From a virus, in the IMG/VR virus record IMGVR_UViG_3300050195_000016, positions 1 to 48,432 of that record: DNA of 48,432 nucleotides. The stretch is one strand, 5' to 3'. The position numbers and the translations under genes are program-made. This document shows positions 9,174-17,013 of this stretch, in pieces; position 1 is the stretch's first letter; each line of letters opens with the position of its first letter. The notes beneath the pieces were generated by a model. That model searched no databases and had not been told where the DNA came from. It saw only the letters and a program-made list of their open reading frames with translations.

Positions 9174-9592
9174 GTATTCTCCAAATGCATATATGCTCGT
9201 TACACTCGCAGGGCATATACAAACAGGAAAGATCCAATAGGTGCGAGCTATTTATTGTAATTTTTGTTAGAAATTGTTGAGTGTCAGTGCATATATATTA
9301 ATCACCCCCTGTCCCCCTCGTCCCCTATACAATAGTTTCCTAGTAAATGAGACATTACATAATAATGTGCTATTGCATAGCACGCTATATAATAGGGAGC
9401 TAGTAGATGTCTAGATGGTAAGGCGTCCGTAGTGTGGTTGCTTTGTGTTCTCTACCGCTCACACACAACCTTTCACACGCTCACACAGACCCTTCCTTAT
9501 ATGCTTCGCACTATTTATCAAGGACTTAGCGGCACATGCCGCGTGTGTATATAAAGATGCTACGCACAATATGTAATGATATGTAAAGGCTA

Positions 9593-9620
9593 TTGCATTA
9601 CTCACTGGTTAGCGTACTAT
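9593..9620 (+). promoter_or_regulatory. Sigma70-like promoter candidate P0
   Basis: TTGCAT, 16-nt spacer, TACTAT. Confidence 0.4.
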
Positions 9621-9664
9621 TAAACACATCGGCAGACATACTGCCTTGCTCTTTAATAAACCGC

Positions 9665-9693
9665 TTGCATTTACCTGTTTGTGTGTGTAATAT
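9665..9693 (+). promoter_or_regulatory. Sigma70-like early promoter candidate P1
   Basis: TTGCAT, 17-nt spacer, TAATAT, preceded by the CGCTTGCA motif shared with P2 and with 10079. Confidence 0.55.
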
Positions 9694-9743
9694 GCATACA
9701 CATTCTCTAAAGTAAATTAAACTAGACGCTAGAATAGAAACGC

Positions 9744-9772
9744 TTGCACGCCTTAACAGCTACAGTGAAAAT
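9744..9772 (+). promoter_or_regulatory. Sigma70-like early promoter candidate P2
   Basis: TTGCAC, 17-nt spacer, GAAAAT. Confidence 0.4.
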
Positions 9773-9787
9773 GAAATAGAAAATAGT

Positions 9788-9816
9788 TTGACAAGTAGAT
9801 TGTGAGTTGGTATATT
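9788..9816 (+). promoter_or_regulatory. Near-consensus sigma70 early promoter P3
   Basis: TTGACA, 17-nt spacer, TATATT. Confidence 0.7.
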
Positions 9817-9862
9817 GAAAGTGTTCTTTAACAACGTGTGTATTAGATGTTAGGTGGAGAGT

Positions 9863-9891
9863 CTGACAAGACGCTCATTATTACCTAAGAT
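9863..9891 (+). promoter_or_regulatory. Sigma70-like early promoter candidate P4
   Basis: CTGACA, 17-nt spacer, TAAGAT. The TGACAAG core is shared with P3 and with 10185. Confidence 0.5.
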
Positions 9892-10356
9892 GATCCGGCC
9901 CTTGGAAACAACTACAATGAAAGTTTCTTATTATACCGGCCTTCAAATGTTAGTAACGTATGCAAGTATATGCTAGGCATTACTAAGATACGCCCTGTTA
10001 ACAGATGGAATGGTAGAACAGAAACAAGTAATGAGTAGCAACAATAGATAAGCAGTTTCATGTATAGGGGAACATCCACCGCTTGCAGCAACTAATAAAC
10101 ACATTCAGCCTTGCGCTGTCTTACTTCTTTAAGACTACTGGACTTTTATCTATATCATTCAGCATAGATGTATTATGCGTGACACTGACAAGATATAGAT
10201 AAGAATAGGATGGTTCCTTTAAAGACTCTTGCATCTAATGTATTCTAGCTAACATGGATGCAAGTAAAGAAGTTAACAAATGGTATCATGCGTTGTTAGA
10301 TGCATCATGCCATTGATTAAACTCTTTAATATCCCTAATAACAGAAGGTAAATAAA

Positions 10357-10920
10357 ATGTCTAATATTTCTACTCTTGCGAATGTAAGCGAAGCACATGT
10401 AACTGAACTGTTCGATAGCTTGATTAAAGCTGAACGTGTTACTAAAGCTGCACTGTCTGAACTGTCTCGTACTCTGTTAGCTCATGCTATCCAGAATCAA
10501 ACCGCTGTATTGGTTAACCGTTTGATCAGTGGTGCTGTACTCACTGCACCTAATACTAAACTGGCTCGCATGTACTTTGAAAACTTCATGCCATTTGCTC
10601 AAGATGATTCACATAACTTCACTAAATTCTCCAGTAAGAAGTTTAATGGTAAGAAAGAATGCTCAATGTTATCTGTTGAAGCATGGCTCGACAACCCTGA
10701 TAATGATTTGTGGAGCTGGGTAAAAGATAATGTTAATCTGGAAAAGAAAACCCAGTATGATGTTAAGATCACTAACCTCGTTAAGAAAGCATTGACAGAT
10801 GATAATGCAGAGAACAAGTTGTCTGTAGAACAGATCGTAGCTGCTGTGTTAGCTGGGGGTATTAATGCAGCTGAACTCGCAGACATCATCTTAGCTGCAC
10901 CAGTACAGGAAGCTGCATAA
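10357..10920 (+). CDS. First early protein, hypothetical (187 aa)
   Basis: First plus-strand ORF after the promoter array, with the RBS AGAAGG upstream. No motif recognised. Confidence 0.6.
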   Translation: MSNISTLANVSEAHVTELFDSLIKAERVTKAALSELSRTLLAHAIQNQTAVLVNRLISGAVLTAPNTKLARMYFENFMPFAQDDSHNFTKFSSKKFNGKKECSMLSVEAWLDNPDNDLWSWVKDNVNLEKKTQYDVKITNLVKKALTDDNAENKLSVEQIVAAVLAGGINAAELADIILAAPVQEAA

Positions 10921-11149
10921 TGTATATATATCTATACAAACTGAAAGGGTCTAATATGAGGGCAGTTGGTAGATTGGTGCCCTCTGTTCGTAATCCATTA
11001 ATGGGTTATCTGTACAATGAATTCGATAACCTGATTGTAGCAGCCCGTTTAAGCTCATTTAAACCACTGTGAGAGAGTTTAACCATATGAGGTATGCAAT
11101 GGTATGCCTCATACATTAAACGTTCTTATAATGCGTTACAGGGGGAATT

Positions 11150-11524
11150 ATGCTTAATGTAATTAATAATGCTGGTGAACAATTTGTTCTGTCAGTGGTT
11201 CACACATTTAACGGCCTCAACCAGATTGTTATTGAGAATAAAAATGGTATCATCACAACACTTGCAACACAGGGAATGCTAGGCGATAAATCTAAGGGGT
11301 GGCATTCACATCATGGCACTGTACAAGGTGACTGGAATACTATTGGTGGTGTGTTCAATGCTAATGGTTTAACCCTGATTGAAGAATTAGACTATGATCT
11401 AGTTGGGTTTGATGCATTAAGGAAGAATGTGCTATCGCACAATGCAGAACTACAACTGGATGCAGATAATCTAAAATGCACAATCATTTATAATGGTGGT
11501 ATCAACCCAGTGTACTTATTTTAA
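11150..11524 (+). CDS. Hypothetical early protein (124 aa)
   Basis: ORF with the RBS CAGGGGGAA upstream. Confidence 0.55.
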   Translation: MLNVINNAGEQFVLSVVHTFNGLNQIVIENKNGIITTLATQGMLGDKSKGWHSHHGTVQGDWNTIGGVFNANGLTLIEELDYDLVGFDALRKNVLSHNAELQLDADNLKCTIIYNGGINPVYLF

Positions 11525-11535
11525 GGATAATTAAA

Positions 11536-11790
11536 ATGGGATTCTTTGATCATCTGTTTAGTAAAGAGCCTGCTACTGGTGCATGTTTGAAAGCAGAACG
11601 TGCAGCACGTAAACAAGTTGTAATTCATTCTAAGAATGCTAACAAGAAGTACAATACATCTACTGCTCCAAGTAATAAACTACGTTCATCTGCTACTAAA
11701 TTGGATAATGAATCTAATTTAAAAGGTAGTAGTAAGAGAACTAAAGAAGATGCTGAAGCACTACTTATTCATGCTCTATCTTTGATCTAA
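11536..11790 (+). CDS. Hypothetical basic early protein (84 aa)
   Basis: ORF with the RBS TTTTAAGGATAA upstream, followed by a hairpin terminator. Confidence 0.55.
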   Translation: MGFFDHLFSKEPATGACLKAERAARKQVVIHSKNANKKYNTSTAPSNKLRSSATKLDNESNLKGSSKRTKEDAEALLIHALSLI

Positions 11791-11797
11791 TATTATT

Positions 11798-11818
11798 AGG
11801 GAGAAGTTATTTCTCCCT
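11798..11818 (+). terminator. Hairpin terminator candidate
   Basis: AGGGAGAA, 5-nt loop, TTCTCCCT (8-bp stem), immediately after the stop at 11790 and followed by an A/T run. Confidence 0.55.
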
Positions 11819-11939
11819 ATATTATATATATATATATTATTTATATAATTATATAGATAGTATATATATATATTATATTGTATTATATATTATATATTTA
11901 TATATTATATATGAGTCGTAAAACAGAGTTTTTGTGACA
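11819..11939 (+). repeat. TA-rich low-complexity tract (~90 bp) plus conserved 32-bp box, copy 2
   Basis: A/T-only tract followed by the box TATATGAGTCGTAAAACAGAGTTTTTGTGACA (11908-11939). An inverted TGTCACA lies at 11971-11977 and a GTGGC/GCCAC hairpin at 11987-12000. Confidence 0.85.
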
Positions 11940-12019
11940 CATTATATATGAAAATAAATAAAATATATTTTGTCACAATATATAGCGTGGCGTTAGCCAC
12001 ATAATATAAGGGAATAGAT

Positions 12020-12235
12020 ATGATTAAAGCAACAACAGCTATTAACACCCCAAAAGAAATAGACTACCCTAAACTAATGTCTAACAAACTGTCTTGTGAT
12101 GTATTTCTTTTCTTTGAACCATACTATGGGGTAAAACTTAGCCCCAATAGTGTTGAGTCTGGCATACCTTTTAACTGCCATGATATGAGTTGTTTTGTAG
12201 ATTTTACTGGCAGCATTACTCTCTTTAATAATTAA
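12020..12235 (+). CDS. Hypothetical 71-aa protein, paralog of 13702..13917
   Basis: Both are 71 aa and share MIK.T, YPKLM, G.KLSP/GVRLSP, DM.CFVD and GS.T. Both are followed by ATGGTATCATCATG. Confidence 0.65.
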   Translation: MIKATTAINTPKEIDYPKLMSNKLSCDVFLFFEPYYGVKLSPNSVESGIPFNCHDMSCFVDFTGSITLFNN

Positions 12236-12245
12236 TGGTATCATC

Positions 12246-12482
12246 ATGGAAAGATTAAATACTCGTATAGTAGATGGAATAGAAGCACCTAACTGGGCTA
12301 AGTTTGTATCTAAATTTATTGGCACGCTTTACTTTGAAGAATATGAAGAGCAAATAATTGATGCTAAATACAAGGCTGTTGCAGTGGAATCAAAAACAAA
12401 CGTGTATAGTCGCGGTGACAATTTTGGGGTGGTTATATACTCTTTACCAGAATACAAAGCTTTTAAAGGAAACTTAGAATGA
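12246..12482 (+). CDS. Hypothetical 78-aa protein ending FKGNLE
   Basis: ORF whose 3' end carries the junction motif TTTAAAGGAAAC. Confidence 0.55.
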   Translation: MERLNTRIVDGIEAPNWAKFVSKFIGTLYFEEYEEQIIDAKYKAVAVESKTNVYSRGDNFGVVIYSLPEYKAFKGNLE

Positions 12483-12607
12483 AATACACAATCGTTCATC
12501 TAAAAGGTAAATCTGTGTTTTACAACTGTGTAGATGCATACGCTTTTATGCAGTATTTTAAATCTCTGGGCTACTGCCCTACAATTAAAAAGGAAATACC
12601 CAAATGA
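12479..12607 (+). CDS. Small hypothetical ORF (42 aa)
   Basis: Hand-translated as MKYTIVHLKGKSVFYNCVDAYAFMQYFKSLGYCPTIKKEIPK. It has an ATGA overlap with the upstream stop and an overlap with the downstream start. It is below the size cutoff of the ORF track. Confidence 0.4.
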   Translation: MKYTIVHLKGKSVFYNCVDAYAFMQYFKSLGYCPTIKKEIPK

Positions 12608-13434
12608 AAAAGCTTTATTCTATTGGAGCATTTATACTTCTATTTGCATTTTGTGCATTTAGCTCGTACTTCACTGTTGACCAAGGTGAGCGTGGTGTTG
12701 TTCTGCGTTTTGGTAAGATTAAAGAGGTGGCTAATGCTGGGCTTGGATTTAAGATGCCATTCTTTGATGATGTTAAGTACCTCGATGCAAAATCACAGGT
12801 AACTCGTATGTCACTTCCAGCATACTCTAAAGATCAACAGCCAGCTAATATGGTTGTGTCTGTTAACTGGCATGTTAGTGACTTTGCGAAAGCATACAGT
12901 GAGTATGGGGATCTTAAGAATCTATCTGACCGTGTTGTGTACACTAATGTTCCACAATCAGTTAAGACCGTGTTTGGACAGTTTGCAGCAGCTACGTCTA
13001 TCCAACAACGTGACAAATTGAATGTTGAGATTGCTAATGAAGTAGAGCGCACTATTCGTGGGCCTATTGTGATTGAATCAATCCAGTTAGATAACATTGA
13101 TTTCTCCTCAGCATATGAGCAATCAGTAGAAGCGCGTATGTTAGCAGAGGTTGAAGTTGCTAAGCTGCACCAAAATGCAGAACGTGAGAAGGTGCAAGCA
13201 CAGATTACCGTAACTCGTGCTCAAGCTGAGGCAGATGCTGTTAAGGCGTCAGCTAATGCAGAAGCAGCAGCTATCGCTATGAAGGGGAATGCAGAGGCAT
13301 CTGCATTAGAGGCTAAAGCTAAAGTTTTACGTGATAACCCTCTGTTGATTGACTATACTAAAGCTGATCACTGGAATGGTGCATTACCAAGCACCATGAT
13401 GGGTGGTGCAGTTCCTATGTTTAATGTTAAATAG
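12604..13434 (+). CDS. SPFH / band-7 (prohibitin, HflK/C-like) membrane protein
   Basis: N-terminal transmembrane helix, then FTVDQGERGVVLRFGKI...GLGFKMPFFD, typical of the SPFH domain, followed by an Ala/Glu-rich coiled coil. Confidence 0.8.
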   Translation: MKKLYSIGAFILLFAFCAFSSYFTVDQGERGVVLRFGKIKEVANAGLGFKMPFFDDVKYLDAKSQVTRMSLPAYSKDQQPANMVVSVNWHVSDFAKAYSEYGDLKNLSDRVVYTNVPQSVKTVFGQFAAATSIQQRDKLNVEIANEVERTIRGPIVIESIQLDNIDFSSAYEQSVEARMLAEVEVAKLHQNAEREKVQAQITVTRAQAEADAVKASANAEAAAIAMKGNAEASALEAKAKVLRDNPLLIDYTKADHWNGALPSTMMGGAVPMFNVK

Positions 13435-13443
13435 GGAAACTAT

Positions 13444-13692
13444 ATGAACAACAAAAAAGCAAAACTGATTCGTCGTCTGGCATTCCAACAAGCAGAAACA
13501 ATGGGCTTCACTGATGTTGGGTATGAAGTAGTTAATGTGGAAAAGAAATCATTCAAGAAATTGGATGGTACTTTGTTTCTGTATGAAACATACACTCGTA
13601 TTAACAAATTGAAAAGCCCTCGTGCTTTGTTTCTGCATAACAAACGCTCTATGAGTAAGAACCCACTGTTCAAACAAATGCAACGTGTGTAG
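13444..13692 (+). CDS. Hypothetical basic protein (82 aa)
   Basis: ORF with the RBS TAGGGAAAC upstream. Confidence 0.5.
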   Translation: MNNKKAKLIRRLAFQQAETMGFTDVGYEVVNVEKKSFKKLDGTLFLYETYTRINKLKSPRALFLHNKRSMSKNPLFKQMQRV

Positions 13693-13701
13693 GGGATAAT
13701 T

Positions 13702-13917
13702 ATGATTAAGACAACAAGAGAGCTGGTGGTACAAAGGTCAATTTGCTACCCTAAACTAATGATCGGTAAAAACAGTTCATCTGTAGTCTTGTTTATCAAA
13801 AAGGGGCATGGTGTGAGGCTTAGCCCAGATGGGCATGACTTTGGTGACTACGTATGTGACTGGGATATGGATTGTTTTGTAGATTATAATGGTAGTGTAA
13901 CTATCTCTAACAGTTAA
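13702..13917 (+). CDS. Hypothetical 71-aa protein, paralog of 12020..12235
   Basis: See 12020..12235. Confidence 0.65.
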   Translation: MIKTTRELVVQRSICYPKLMIGKNSSSVVLFIKKGHGVRLSPDGHDFGDYVCDWDMDCFVDYNGSVTISNS

Positions 13918-13928
13918 ATGGTATCATC

Positions 13929-14009
13929 ATGTATGAAAAACAACTAACCTTTGTTATTGTGCTAGTAACCTGTGTGTTTGTTATTGGTGCTATTTATTCT
14001 ATAAGCTAA
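13929..14009 (+). CDS. Small hydrophobic ORF (26 aa), candidate
   Basis: Hand-translated as MYEKQLTFVIVLVTCVFVIGAIYSIS. Its start lies in the duplicated ATGGTATCATCATG sequence. Confidence 0.3.
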   Translation: MYEKQLTFVIVLVTCVFVIGAIYSIS

Positions 14010-14037
14010 TGTAATCCATTCTAAGCGTTTATAACCC

Positions 14038-14063
14038 TAGGGCATACAAACGTATGTGCCCTA
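14038..14063 (+). terminator. Hairpin terminator candidate
   Basis: TAGGGCATAC-AAAC-GTA(TG)TGCCCTA, about 10 bp with a 2-nt bulge, followed by a T/A run. Confidence 0.45.
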
Positions 14064-14082
14064 TATTATAAATGCTTCTACG

Positions 14083-14111
14083 TTGATTGTAGAGCGTTTA
14101 ACGTTGATAAT
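14083..14111 (+). promoter_or_regulatory. Sigma70-like promoter heading the enzyme module
   Basis: TTGATT, 17-nt spacer, GATAAT, located 19 nt upstream of the ATG at 14130. Confidence 0.5.
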
Positions 14112-14129
14112 ACTCAATAGGAGATGCTA

Positions 14130-15368
14130 ATGAAAGTTAAAAACATAACTCCAGACTTAATGAAGGCTGGTAAATGGTACATTGTTAAGCCAACTAATGG
14201 CGTATACCACAAGAATGGTGTTCTGCATTTCTGTGAAGAAGACGCACCACGTCGTCTTATGGGACGTCTTAAATTTGATTTTATCTATGAGTTCCCTGCT
14301 AAATATGAACTCAAATTCTTCATCTTAAAGCCAGAAAATATGGATGAATGGCCACGATGGACTAAGGTGATGGATAAGTATAACGGTACTATACACCCGA
14401 TTACCACAAAAGATATTAACACTATCGAAGATGATGAAGAGTTGGGGGGTAATCGTTACATTGAGATTGAGGGCTTTGGTTTCTCCCCAAACTGGTTCAC
14501 CCCCACAGAAATTCCTGACTTCAGTGAAGATAAGTACAAATTCATGTTTGTACCTACTGAGGTAACTCTCCCAAAAAAATCTTTGACGTTATCAGAGAGT
14601 CTGGTAACGTCTAAACTCTCTGAACAGATTGATACGTTAAAGAAACATAACAGGTCCACAGCTGATTTCATTGTGTTTAAAGAAGACGGGGATTTTAATG
14701 AATATTATGGAGAAGCTTGTCACTCTTCTTTGAGTAATAACAGGAATATTGGTAGTAAATATGTGCTATCTTCCATCAGATGTCAAGTAGATGTGACAGA
14801 AGACTCGTTAAAAAGTTATTATTATTACTTAACTAATGAATCTCCAATGAAAGGTGCGTTCATTGTTAAAAATATTGAATGGATTTGTCACAACAAACAA
14901 TTCATTTGTACATCTAAAGTACCAAGTAATTTGTTAGCTGCTGCATTAATCGCAACACGTCAGGCTTGGGAATACCCAAACACAGTTAATAGCTTTTATA
15001 AGTTGGTTAGTGCAGGGGTTGATAGCCACTTAGCATATCTATTATGTAATAGTTGTGGTGGGGTTAAAGATGGAGGTATGTGCTTTACCAGATACACATC
15101 AAACCATTCAGCTATAGATGCTGATCATATGTCTGATAAAGATGTGTTAAACTTTATCAAGACTGGGAAGCCCCTGTTTGCGTTAGGTAATTACACAAAA
15201 CAAGTTAGTTATAGACGTGTATTTGATTTGTATGCATCAGGCGATAAGAGTACGCTACTAACTAAATTAGTGGCTGCTTGTCGTGGTGAATATGGTAAAG
15301 CAAAATACATTACAATTGAGGAGACAGTAGATGTCATCCAGTCTTGGTGCGATGAGTTTTATTCCTAA
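14130..15368 (+). CDS. Hypothetical protein (412 aa), first gene of the enzyme module
   Basis: AGGAG lies 6 nt upstream of the ATG at 14130, whereas the track start at 14124 abuts the RBS. No motif recognised. Confidence 0.6.
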   Translation: MKVKNITPDLMKAGKWYIVKPTNGVYHKNGVLHFCEEDAPRRLMGRLKFDFIYEFPAKYELKFFILKPENMDEWPRWTKVMDKYNGTIHPITTKDINTIEDDEELGGNRYIEIEGFGFSPNWFTPTEIPDFSEDKYKFMFVPTEVTLPKKSLTLSESLVTSKLSEQIDTLKKHNRSTADFIVFKEDGDFNEYYGEACHSSLSNNRNIGSKYVLSSIRCQVDVTEDSLKSYYYYLTNESPMKGAFIVKNIEWICHNKQFICTSKVPSNLLAAALIATRQAWEYPNTVNSFYKLVSAGVDSHLAYLLCNSCGGVKDGGMCFTRYTSNHSAIDADHMSDKDVLNFIKTGKPLFALGNYTKQVSYRRVFDLYASGDKSTLLTKLVAACRGEYGKAKYITIEETVDVIQSWCDEFYS

Positions 15369-15528
15369 AGGAGCTCATTACTATTATCCAGCTAATAATT
15401 GTTTCTATAAGATAGGGAACAATGGGAAGCTTTATTTCTGGTCTGATGGTTGGTCTGTGTCCCTTATCACTGTTACTGACTTTCTTAAAGATGTATCTTA
15501 TGGGGAGGCATATGCGATACGACGGTAG
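15331..15528 (+). CDS. Small hypothetical protein (65 aa)
   Basis: GAGGAG lies upstream of the ATG. The ORF overlaps the end of the 412-aa ORF. Confidence 0.4.
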   Translation: MSSSLGAMSFIPKGAHYYYPANNCFYKIGNNGKLYFWSDGWSVSLITVTDFLKDVSYGEAYAIRR

Positions 15529-15706
15529 ATATAGATCAAAGGAGACTGGTCGGGATTACTTAGTAGACGGCCTAGACATATACTGGGTTCGGGAGCCTCC
15601 GGAAGAGACTGTACTCTCCAACTACACTAAGCATATTGATCACTTTATAGAAAAAGTGGCTAATGGTAAGATGGTTAAAATTCCTAATAAGTTTAGGGGG
15701 AACTAA
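15512..15706 (+). CDS. Small protein ending FRGN (64 aa from the internal ATG)
   Basis: GGGGAGG lies just upstream of the ATG at 15512. The longer track ORF from 15422 would overlap its neighbour by 107 nt. The 3' end carries the junction motif. Confidence 0.45.
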   Translation: MRYDGRYRSKETGRDYLVDGLDIYWVREPPEETVLSNYTKHIDHFIEKVANGKMVKIPNKFRGN

Positions 15707-15708
15707 TT

Positions 15709-16353
15709 ATGACTAAGGTTTATATCGTTAATAGTAGCTATGCATATGAACGTATGTATATTGAAGAAGGGTTTGAGCTAGTAGATAATGCAGATAAAGC
15801 AGGCCTGATCCAATTTACTGGTGGTGCAGATGTACATCCATCTTTGTATGGAGAACGTGATGTATACTCCTATCCAAATGCACGACGTGACTACGAAGAA
15901 ATGAAGATCTTCGAGAAGTACGCAGGTAAAAAGCCTATGGCTGGTGTTTGTCGTGGGGCGCAGTTCCTTTGTGTAGCTAATGGTGGTAAGTTGTGGCAAG
16001 ATGTGGATAACCATGCTATCTATGGGTTACATACAATGCTTGTTAAGGAGAGCATTGATGGTGAGTTTGCTAAAGAAGTGTATGTAACGTCCACACACCA
16101 TCAAGCAATGCGTTGTGTAGAAGAAGCTAATGGTATCATCATTGGTATTAGCGAACCACGTTCTAGTGAACGTTACGGGGAAACAGAAACAGTGTTAGGG
16201 CTTCGGGATGATGATGTAGAAGTTGCATTCTTCCCTAAAACTAAATGTTACTGTTTCCAACCTCACCCAGAAATGACAAGTAAAAACTCTGGATGCCGTT
16301 TAGAGTTCTTCTATGGACTTAAAACGTTCTTAGGGGTTGATCCTTATGCATAA
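15709..16353 (+). CDS. Class I glutamine amidotransferase-like / peptidase C26 (gamma-glutamyl hydrolase family)
   Basis: Nucleophile elbow GVCRGAQF, followed by THHQ and FQPHPE, which is the PuuD/C26-type triad pattern. Confidence 0.8.
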   Translation: MTKVYIVNSSYAYERMYIEEGFELVDNADKAGLIQFTGGADVHPSLYGERDVYSYPNARRDYEEMKIFEKYAGKKPMAGVCRGAQFLCVANGGKLWQDVDNHAIYGLHTMLVKESIDGEFAKEVYVTSTHHQAMRCVEEANGIIIGISEPRSSERYGETETVLGLRDDDVEVAFFPKTKCYCFQPHPEMTSKNSGCRLEFFYGLKTFLGVDPYA

Positions 16354-16564
16354 CTTCAAAACAGGGGATAGGGTTAAATGTATAAAAGACTTAGATAATA
16401 ATGAACTTGCTGTTGGTAAGATAGGTGTTGTAAAGGAGTCCTGGGATGATGGTGTAACTGTTAGGTTTTCTAGAAACGAGGTAAGGTACCCGTTCACTGA
16501 GTGGAACTTCTATGAAGATCCTATAGAAGATTACTTAATTCCAGTGGAGTTTAGGGGAAATTAA
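16346..16564 (+). CDS. Small GDRV...FRGN family protein (72 aa)
   Basis: Begins MHNFKTGDRVKC and ends EFRGN. The ATG at 16346 overlaps the upstream stop. Confidence 0.55.
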   Translation: MHNFKTGDRVKCIKDLDNNELAVGKIGVVKESWDDGVTVRFSRNEVRYPFTEWNFYEDPIEDYLIPVEFRGN

Positions 16565-16565
16565 T

Positions 16566-16997
16566 ATGAAAAATAAACTTAACTTTTGGATTGCTCTTGG
16601 GTTAATATTACTAATTTCACTTTCCTATAATATTATAAACAAGGAGAAAGTCCAATATCCGCCAACCAAAGTAACTGTTGTTGATAAGTTTGATGGGCCA
16701 CCACAACGTAGAGGTCGGGTAGACCAGTATATCACTTATGAGTGGACTGACTCTCAGGGACAACGCTGGGTGTACTCTAGTACAACAGGCCCAGTGGAGT
16801 TCCACAATACTAATATAGGGGGTACTATAGAATTAACAGTACCTAAAGCCTCGTTCTGGCTTGGTCGTGATGTTGGGCCTAGATACAAGCTATATAACCA
16901 AGTATATCCGGGAATTGTGTCTGATGGTGTTTCAGCTAGAGCCGGAATAGTTTTGATGGTTATTTGTTGGTCCTTACTTTTGGTACTTATTTTATAA
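16566..16997 (+). CDS. Membrane protein with N- and C-terminal transmembrane helices (143 aa)
   Basis: Hydrophobic segments FWIALGLILLISL and GIVLMVICWSLLLVLIL. Confidence 0.55.
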   Translation: MKNKLNFWIALGLILLISLSYNIINKEKVQYPPTKVTVVDKFDGPPQRRGRVDQYITYEWTDSQGQRWVYSSTTGPVEFHNTNIGGTIELTVPKASFWLGRDVGPRYKLYNQVYPGIVSDGVSARAGIVLMVICWSLLLVLIL

Positions 16998-17013
16998 TTT
17001 AAAGGAAATTAAT

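Noticed and set aside
10956-11072. A 38-aa ORF (MRAVGRLVPSV...) in the gap after the first early gene
   Set aside because: It has a plausible RBS, but it is very short and spans a 7-bp-stem hairpin. The evidence is too weak to list it as a feature.
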